Shown: one piece after another, positions 44,866 to 64,000 of the stretch
How the letters are laid out: each line of letters begins with the position of its first letter
Numbering within the stretch: the first letter of the stretch is position 1
Assembly (NCBI RefSeq): GCF_009914755.1
Contig: NC_060939.1
DNA: 64,000 nucleotides
Direction: 5' to 3' (one strand)
From: the human T2T-CHM13v2.0 reference genome, Homo sapiens
Notes under the pieces: model-generated
What the model was told of the DNA's origin: nothing
The model's database searches: none
Seen by the model: the letters and a program-made list of their open reading frames with translations, nothing else
Position numbers and translations under genes: made by a program

Positions 44866-45239
44866 TCAATGATGGCAAAAGTAACTGTTCAGGTTTTATC
44901 AGATTTTCCCTGTTGTGTGTTTTAAGCAAAAAATGCCGAAGAATCTTTATCTGAATAGCTCAGGTTTTTCTGTGGTCCAGTAAGAGGACATTGGGTGGGG
45001 AAGTAGGGGGAATGTACCCATATAAACTGGATGCATTCATTATGTTTTCATTGATTATTTATTGAACTCCTGCTATGTACCTAGCACTGAGCTGGGTGCT
45101 GAAGATGAAGAAAAATCAGACAAGTCCTGCCCTCAAAGAGTTCCCCAGACTAGACTAAGTAGCAATAAGACATAAACAGAAAAAGCTATCATAAAATAAA
45201 ATAGAAAGCAATGAGTGTAAAAGGATTATGGTAAGGTGA

Positions 45240-45371
<132 letters not shown>

Positions 45372-46468
45372 TAGTTGGGACTACTGGTGCGCACCACCAT
45401 GCCCAGCTAATTTTTTGTATTTTTTGTCTTCAGTAGAGACAGGGTTTCACCATATCGTCCAGGCTGGTCTCTAACTTCTGACCTCGTGATCCACCCGCCT
45501 CGGCCTCCCAAAGTGCTGGGATTACAGTCATGAACCACCGCACCCAGCCGTAAGGATTTTTAAAAGGGAAAAAAAATGAATATTTACTGAACATCTAGCA
45601 TGTGCCAGGATCGCACTGAGAATTCTACAAACCTCATCTCATTTAAAGTTTGTAAAAGGACTTATTAACTGTTTCACCGAGGAGGAACCCAAGACCCAGA
45701 ACTTGACAGGTCACACAGCTAGTAAGTAGCAGAGCCAGGATTAAAACCCAGGGCCATCTGACTCCAAAATACATAGATTAAATGCTACTTGTAAATTTTT
45801 CTGCTAGGCATGGTGGCTAACGCCTGTAATCCCAACATTTTGGGAGGCCAAAGCAGGAGGATCATGTAAGGCCAGGAGGTCGAGATTGCGGTGAGCTATA
45901 ATCACACCACTGCACCCCAGCCTGGGTGACGGAGTGGAACTTTGTCTTTAAAGACAAAGTTGTCTTTAAAGAAAAGTTTTTTTTGCCTGGGCGCGGTGGC
46001 TCACGCTTGTAATCCCAGCATTTTGGGAGGCCGAGGCGGGCGGATCACGAGGTCAGGAGATCGAGACCATCCTACATGGTGAAACCCCGTCTCTACTAAA
46101 ACACAAAAAATTAGCCGGGTGCGGTGGCGGGCGCCTGTAGTCCCAGCTACTCAGGAGGCTGAGGCAGGAGAATGGCGTGAACCCAGGAGGCGGAGCTTGC
46201 AGTAAACCGAGATCGCGCCACTGCACTCCAGCCTGGGCGATAAAGCGAGACTCCGTCTCAAAAAAAAAAAAGAAGTTTTTTTTTGTTTTTCTTAAATTCA
46301 CATATAATGAATGATAAATGCAACCACTTGATAGCTCTATTCAGCATAACAAACAATTGGGTATCAATCTCATCTCTAACTCTGGGTTATTGGGGCTTCT
46401 GCCGTTGCTGGGCTTGGCAGACTATCACGTAGGAAAATGTCCCAAGACTATCTCAACAGGCCGCCGCA

Positions 46469-46502
46469 GGGCGCCATCTCGTGTTCTCAAATGGAACTGC
46501 AG
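46469..46502 (-). promoter_or_regulatory. CTCF site with upstream (ZF9-11) motif
   Basis: Minus strand reads CTGCAGTTCC-ATTTG-AGAACACGAGATGGCGCCC: U-motif, 5-nt spacer, core. Lies in a CpG-retaining non-repeat patch. Confidence 0.7.
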
Positions 46503-46972
46503 CGGAGGAACCTTTGTAGTCCTGAGCCCCTTCCTCTCTCTCTACTTAATATCAAACTGCAAAGTGCTGCAGGCACCATTACCAAAGGCTTAGCCTGAAT
46601 TGAGAAAACCAGAGACCTCTGGCAACTCTGTATGGGAAAACACCTGCAAATCAGAGTTGCTGTTCTGCTGTGTTTGCAACAAACGTCCTTCATAATACAA
46701 GGAGTTCCTTGTCTGTGACAGACCTTTGCTAAGACACTGGAGATTTGAGAGGGAAGATGTGGCCCTTGAGTTGCTCACAGTCTAGTGAGGGAACAGCCAA
46801 ATGCATGAAAATCATAACTGCATGTGCCAAGTGCTCTGATAGAGAGGAACACAGATGAATTGGAAAGCCTCCCGGATGAGATTACCATGGAGCTGAAGCT
46901 TTGGCATGTGTAGGAGTCTGTCAGACTGAGAAGAGGTTAAAGATAGATGATCCAGGCTGAAGGATGGGATAG

Positions 46973-47431
<459 letters not shown>

Positions 47432-48971
47432 TGACCTCAGGTGATCCACCCGCCTCGGCCTCCCAAAGTGCTGGGGATTACAGGTGTGAGCCACTGTACC
47501 TGGCCTAGATCTGCATTTTAGAAAGAATAATCTAGTAACAGAGGAGAGTCTGGAAGGGAGAGGACCAGAAACCAGGAACCTGGTTCAGATGCTTTCGTAA
47601 TTTGGTAATCCCCTTTGTAACTAGAGAAGACATACTTGAGACCCAAATTAAGGTCAAGATCATCAGGGTGGAGACAAAAAGACAGATCTGAGAGGCATTA
47701 AGGAAGCAAAACCACAGTGACCGATGACTTGGGAATGAGGAAACTGGAGGAGTTGAGTAAGTAAAGGATACACTCCTGAGGGCAGGTTTGATGGAGAGGA
47801 TAAGATCCGCTTAGGACATGTGGAGTTGGTATTGAAGGAACAAAGGAGGCAGTTCAGTGGGTCTGGAGCTTTGGAGAGATGTTTCAGCCAGAGACTGGGA
47901 GTCATTCACATATTTATAGCTCTGAAGTCTTCGAAGAAATTGAAATCACCCATGAAAAGCGGGTCGTGTGGGACGAGAAGAAAAAGCATAGGATAGTACC
48001 TGGGGGACCTTGGATGTTGTTTTCAAGCTTCTAGAAAAGGAGCCTGTACAAGATCAAGAAGGTGGCCCAAAGTGGTAGGAATGAAAAACAGGCACATATG
48101 GAATATATACTTCTGAGAGTACCGAAGATTTTCCAAAGGGTATCCAGGAATGGAACTTTAAGAGAATCTTCAATTTCGTGTGTTCTCTTTTCTAAGCACA
48201 GATTGCTTGCCAATGAACCAATATTTGAAGGATTGTGCTGTGGGTTTTCTTTCCTACTTCCTATTCCACAATCCTAGTCTGCCACTGTGGTGCATTTTTC
48301 CCCAGGGTATGAAAATCTAGGGTGCCAGAGCAAAGGGACAGCTCAAAGTTTTAGTGTAGACAGTGACAGCATCACTAGGAACCAATCAAATATCAGCTGA
48401 TACACTGTTAAAAGCAATTCTGATGATAGATTATTATGTGATTTTGGGAGGAGATTTCTAATTGAATGACATTTATATAACAAATCTTTCCTTCCTATCT
48501 ACTTATTTTGTTTTAAAAAAATTTCTCAGTGCTTATGGTCATAAAAAAAATAAACAAAAACAGAAAAAAGAAAAAGTGATGCTGACCCCTAGCAAAAAGA
48601 AATAGTCACTCATGGATATATAAACAAATAGATAACATAATTTTTTAAGTCCTATCTGTCTCATTAAGAGATGCATCCCCAGCCGGGTGTGGTGGGTCAC
48701 GCCTGTAATCCTAGCACTTTGGGAGGCCGAGGCGGGTGGATCACCTGAGGTCAGGGGTTTGAGACCAGCCAGGCCAACCCGGTGAAACCCCATCTCTACT
48801 AAAAATACAAAAATTAGCCTGGTGTGGTAATGTGGATGCATCATCCCCAACAAAAGTATACACTTTCATATTAAGATTTATAAGATACTTGTTATTTTGA
48901 ATACTAATAATTATTACAATGATAACTGCATCCAAAAGAAATTGCTCTTCATCTGACCCTTTTCCATTTAG

Positions 48972-56590
<7,619 letters not shown>

Positions 56591-56685
56591 AAAAAAAAAG
56601 AAACTTTAAAATTAACAGGGAAGGCCGGGCGCAGTGGCTCAGGCCTGTAATCCTAGCACTTTGGGAGGCTGAGGCGGGTGGCTCA

Positions 56686-56932
<247 letters not shown>

Positions 56933-57334
56933 TCAGTAACATGTAGGACTTGACCAGATAGAGAAGGGAAGGAAGGTTTTTATAGACAGGGCAGAGAGCA
57001 CGAGGGAGATACAGGGCCTGGGGCGTACCAAGCTAGTGGATTGGCGGAAGTATGGAAGGCTGTCTGAAGGTCCCACAACAAGGAAGCGTGCAGTGGGAGA
57101 CAAAACCAGGACAATTCAAGGCCAGGCTATGAAGGACTGTGAATAGAACCACCACACATGACTGAAATTTGTGCCCTGCATCCAGGTACCAGCCAAGAGG
57201 GCAAAGGTATTCACCCTGGCATGTGCTGGGTCTGCTGGAGGAAGAGAAATTCTTTTCTAATTGCACAAAACTTCACCTCATGGAGAAGATAGTATCTCCT
57301 TATATGTTGTTTTTTCTGTAATTTGAATGTTTAA

Positions 57335-59185
57335 AAATATATATTTTTTATTTATATATGTATATACTATATATGTATATATAGTATATTATATATTCCG
57401 TTAATTTTAAAGTTTCTTTTTTTAATACGTATATAATATAGTATATATTATTATATATAATTATATAATATAGTATATATTATTATATATAATTATATAT
57501 ATTATAAAATATATTATATATAATTATATATTTATATATTATATAATATATAATATATTATATAATATATTTCTATATTTATATATTATATATTATATAT
57601 TATATATAATTTTATATATTATATTTATAATTATATAATATATAATATATAATATATAATATATATTATATAATATATAATATATAATATATATTATATA
57701 ATATATAATATATAATATATAAAATATTATATATTATATAATATATAATATATATTATATTATATAATATATAATATATATTATATATGTGCATATATTT
57801 TATATACTATATATTATATATTTTATATATAACATTATTATATACTATATAATATATTTTATATATAACAAATATATTATATAGTATATAATATATTATA
57901 TATTTTATATATTATATAGTATATAATATGTTATATATTTTATATATTATATAGTATATAATATATTATATATTTTATATATTATATAGTATATAATATA
58001 TTATATATTTTATATAGTATATAATATATTATATATTTTATATAGTATATAATATATTATATATTTTATATAGTATATAATATATTATATATTTTATATA
58101 GTATATAATATATTATATATTTTATATAGTATATAATATATTATATATTTTATATAGTATATAATATATTATATATTTTATATAGTATATAATATATTAT
58201 ATATTTTATATAGTATATAATATATTATATATTTTATATAGTATATAATATATTATATATTTTATATAGTATATAGTATATATTATACTATATAGTATAT
58301 AATATATTATATATTATATACTATATAATATATAATATATTATATAGTATATAATATATTATATATTATATACTATATAATATATTATATATTATATAGT
58401 ATATAATATACAATATATTATATACTATATAATATATTATATACTATATAATATATACTATATTATATATAGTATATAATATATTATATAGTATATAATA
58501 TATACTATATTATATATAGTATATAATATATTATATAGTATATAATATATTATATACTATATAATATATATTTTATATATTTTATAGTATATAATATATT
58601 ATATATTTTATAGTATATAATATACATTTTATAGTATATAATATATTATATATTTTATAGTATATAGTATATAATATATTATATATTATATTATATATTA
58701 TATAGTATATAATATATTATATATTATATTATATATTATATAGTATATAATATATTATATATTATATTATATATTATATAGTATATAATACATGGTATAT
58801 TATATAGTATATAATACATGGTATATTATATAGTATATAATACATGGTATATTATATAGTATATAATACATGGTATATTATATAGTATATAATATAATAT
58901 ATGGTATATTATATAGTGTATAATATATGGTATATTATATAGTGTATAATATATGGTATATACCATATAGTATAATATATGGTATATACCATATAGTATA
59001 ATATATGGTATATAACATATAGTACAATATATGGTATATAACATATAGTATATTATATAGTATAGTATATATGTGTATATATAAGGTATTTTATATAATA
59101 TATAATATATTTTATATATTATATAATATATAACATAGGTTATATATAATATATTATATGTGTTATTCTATATATATATTATATA

Positions 59186-59187
<2 letters not shown>
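57335..59187. repeat. AT-rich compound minisatellite (28-bp and 35-bp units, inverted units)
   Basis: The G residue recurs every 28 nt from 58017 to 58269 (unit TATATAGTATATAATATATTATATATTT) and every 35 nt at 57919, 57954 and 57989. Confidence 0.97.

Positions 59188-59221
<34 letters not shown>
59188..59221 (+). repeat. (GA)n microsatellite
   Basis: Pure AG dinucleotide run directly after the AT-rich array. Confidence 0.95.
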
Positions 59222-59224
<3 letters not shown>

Positions 59225-59784
59225 GGATGTGGGACTTTATCCTGGAGGCACTGCTGAATGATAATATGCATCAGGCCTCCTCCCAGCATCAGACTCAAGT
59301 CCCTGTAAGGCTTCTTCCCTACCCAGATTAGAGGGCTCTGGAAGAGGAGCCACTAGTAATTCTTCGTCTTCTTTGGCATACCCTCCAGCAGCCTCGGAGC
59401 ACTCTGTGCCTGTGAGGTTGCTGAAACATTGCAGACTGACTGGCTCCGGGCTTCCATCCATCACCATTACTGGGGCTGGGCCAACACTGGCATTTTAAAG
59501 GATTCAGCAATTAAGGTCATTAGTGGAATAAGGTGATCTCACAGGTGGAGCAGGCCTCAGCTGCTTCAAAATACAAAAAGATCAGACTGTCTCCTGAGAT
59601 TTTTCACAGGCAGGCTTTGTTGATTATGGTGTTGAAAGGGGCAGTAAAGTCTTAACACTGGGTGCCAAAGGCCTGTGGCAGTCCAGGTGGGTTGTTTCCT
59701 CAATTCCTCCTTACACTCCACACCCTTGCATCTCTTTTTTTTCTTTCTTTCTCTTTTTTTTTGAGATGGAGTCTCGCTCTATAG

Positions 59785-59922
<138 letters not shown>

Positions 59923-62689
59923 TAGTAGAGTCGGGGTTTCACCATGTTGTCCAGGCTGGTCTCAATCTCCTGACCTCAGGTGATCCACTTGCCTCAGTCT
60001 CCCAAAATGATGGGATTACAGGCGTGAGCCACGGCGCCTGGCCCATCCTGGCATCTCAATTCTTCACAGCAAAATTCTTGAATTGGCTGAATATCTTGGA
60101 AAACGTCCTCTCACCTTCATCAGTGAGTAAGAACACTAATATAAACAAACATCATTCAAATTAGCTAGAAGGTGAGCTAATGAGGACGAGTACTGGGCAG
60201 TAAGTGGGAAGTCCTATTGTGTTGACCATTTGTCCTGGAGCACAGCAGCACCTGTTGGGCTCCCTGCTGGCCTCCTTTCCTGTGCCTGTGGTTCTCTGAC
60301 TCTCTTCTACAGACTCTGTAACTCCCATGTCCCAAGCTTCAAGACTGGGAGAATTAGGGAGCTCCAGAAGCTTTGAGGGGCTTCAGCAACAAGGCAGTCT
60401 GGCTGCTCGTCCCTGTGTCACAGAGACCTGAGTCTCTGTCCTGAAAACCCATCTGGCCCCTAGCCTTCTTAGAACCAGTGTACTCAGCCTGGGTCTCCAG
60501 CGAGTGCCAGCTCCGAACTTCCCATTCTTGTGTGCTCTTACTGATAAAGACTCCTGCCATTTCTTGCAGGGCAAAAGATAATATTCAGAATTTGTCTCTG
60601 CTTCCAGTCTTTATCATGATTCAATAAAAGCAAAAATGTGATAGTTACATAAGCTAAACAACAGACTTCAGCCGCATGGCTGATATCGTATTCTATCATG
60701 TTTTATGTCCAAACAAAAGTTTTTTTTTCTTGAGACAGGTTCTTGCTCTGTTGCCCAGGCTGGAGTTACAGTGGTACAATCATGGCCCACTGCAGCATTG
60801 GCCTCCTGGGCCCAAGCAATCCTCTGATCTCAGCCTCCCAAGTAGCTGGGACCACAGGCATGCACCATTGTGCCAGGCTTTTTTTTTTTTTTCTTCTGTA
60901 GAGACAGGGTCTCCCTGTGTTGACCAGGTTGATATCAAACTTCTAAGTTCAAGTGATCCTCCCACCTCCAACTCCCAAAGTGCTGGGATTACAGGCATGA
61001 GCTGCCACGCCTGCCCTCCCATCAAATTTTTTTGCCAATGCATTCCATCCCTGCTCTGCGAAGTCAGGATACTGGTGTGATGTGAGTGAATTTAGCTGAA
61101 ATATTGAGAAAGACATGTTATGCATACAAGGATATGTGCGGCCTCGTCCATGCTACACTGCTGTTCTCAGAGGTAGTTCCCCTGGAACTGCCCCCACCAT
61201 TTGCAAACATCCTCTTTGGTTTCCACAAGCCAAGCGTCCAAAGAGCACATCTAGCTGCAGATTCCTGACCCTTTCAACCTGCTTCATTTAGTTGGAGTTA
61301 ATTGCTCCATGCTCAGTCAAGTCACAAGAAAAAAACCACAGGTGATTATTACTATAGTCCAAAAGCCGGCCTTTTCTAATTTGATGTATGGACACATTTT
61401 GTATGACATTTAGGAAAATGAGGCGTAAGTGGCTCCAAATGAAATTCGGTCATATATAATTACCACATAGCAAAAGGAATGTAATTCAAAACTATTAAAT
61501 AAAAAAATTGTCCACATTTGAGAGTTAAAGATCTTCCACTAAGGATAAATCTTCTTTAAAAATATGGTTATTGTGGCCTAGGGGTCTCACTTACACCTCA
61601 ACAAAGGTAAGTACAATGAAAAGTTCATTTTAACGTCACATTTTATCATGCCCTTGACTGCATTAATATTTCTAATAGCTCATCTCTCTCATTTGAACCC
61701 TTCAAGCCTTGGACCACTTGGGGGTTTTTGTTTTATTTACCTCATATCGTTGGAGAGAGTAGTATTTTAGTGATATATAATAATGTCTCAGGCCAGGCGC
61801 AGTGGCTCACACCTATAATCCCAGCACTTTGGGAGGCCAAGGTGGGCAGATCACCTGAGGTCAGGAGTTTGAGACCAGCCTAGACAACATGGTGAAACCC
61901 CATCTGTACTAAAAATGCAAAAAACATCAGCCTGGTGTGGTGGCACGCATCTGTAGTCCCAGGTACTCAGGAGGCTGAGGCAGGAGAATCGCTTGAACCG
62001 CGAGGTGGAGGTTGCAGTGAGCTGAGATCACGCCACTGCACTCCAGCCTGGGTGACAGAGTGAGACTCTGTCCTAAAATAATAATAAAAATGTCCCACTT
62101 CCCATTTTCTAGTCTCTCTCTGTTATTGTCAACCCTTTATCTGCAGATGCTTCGACACAGCTATTTTTTCTACAATGAAGAAGAAGCTAATACTATCCTG
62201 ACATTCTGAAAAAAGAATAATCTCAAAATATACAAACTTTTCTCATAGCTTAAAAGATAACATGAAAAAAATATGTCTCTTCAAGTGACTTTTTGAAATA
62301 TGTTCACTGGGTATCATATTTTCACATCTTTAACAGTACCTAGCCACCTAACCTACAGAAGTGGAAGCATGGGACCTTCCGACATTCTCTTGCTCCTTGC
62401 AGCCCTCAACCTACAAGGAGTGAGTAGTGGGATGGGGAACTTCTATAAAGGCCCCTCAGAACTGGGCACAAACAGGACCAAAGGACCAAAATGGTACTAA
62501 AAGGCTGGAGGTAGAGCCAGAGACAGGAGATGCAAACAGAGGTGCCATGTCCAGGATGCAGGAGAGTCCCAGCAGGCATGGAAATGGACTTCACAATGTG
62601 GGAGGTTAGACATAAAACCCCATGAGAACCTTCCTAGGGGGCAAGTCAAGAAGCAGAATCAGAGGCCTGTGATCTCCACACTCTGTTTC

Positions 62690-63660
<971 letters not shown>

Positions 63661-64000
63661 AGACACACCCTGTTTCTTGTATGAGTTCTGTATTTTTGTG
63701 TGCCACACAAGGTTGCTTTGCATTTGGTAGTACCAGAGGTTTAGGTTGGCACCCCCTCAGATGATGACTGAACAGCTCATTGGCACAGAAACCTGGGTGG
63801 TACTCTGGGAAGGATGCCAATGGACACTCAAACAATACTCCTGCTGATTTTTTTCAGCCTACTTGCCTGACACTTAACAGTCAGCAGCCCCACTTGACCA
63901 GTGTAATGGTTAAAAGCAAGGAGCCACTTTTATGGGTTTGAATCCTGACTCTGCCACTTAACAAGTTGCATGATCTTGGGCAGGTTACTTAATCACTCTG

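Noticed and set aside
58010-58270. 28-bp periodic repeat resembling a CRISPR array; ORF 58826-59044
   Set aside because: The units are contiguous with no unique spacers, in a eukaryotic context, so it is a minisatellite. The ORF is a translation of the repeat.

Overview
Human (primate, Alu-dense) genomic DNA containing the complete BCL2A1 (Bfl-1/A1) gene on the minus strand: coding exon 1 at 23601-24020, the 56-nt Bfl-1S cassette exon at 20538-20593, and the terminal coding exon at 13978-14085. About 40 kb of upstream sequence and about 14 kb of downstream sequence flank it. The allele encodes Y19/K39/D82, the haplotype carrying the minor histocompatibility antigens ACC-1Y and ACC-2D. The rest is mostly Alu, L1, L2, MaLR and LTR sequence. 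Features not visible in the ORF track: (1) an ancient, heavily decayed RRM2 processed pseudogene (37051-38627), nested in an L2 and interrupted by Alus and an L1, with a 64-bp piece copied 1.2 kb downstream; (2) a tailless 5'-half tRNA-Cys(GCA) retrocopy with a 19-bp target-site duplication (30187-30263); (3) a promoter NF-kB site made from mutated Alu sequence; (4) a candidate intron-read-through 'beta' isoform of BCL2A1; (5) inverted Alus bracketing the cassette exon; (6) a CTCF site with upstream motif; (7) a ~1.85-kb palindromic AT-rich minisatellite. Repeat subfamily names and boundaries were judged by eye and are approximate. Reference sequences used for comparison were recalled from memory, not searched.
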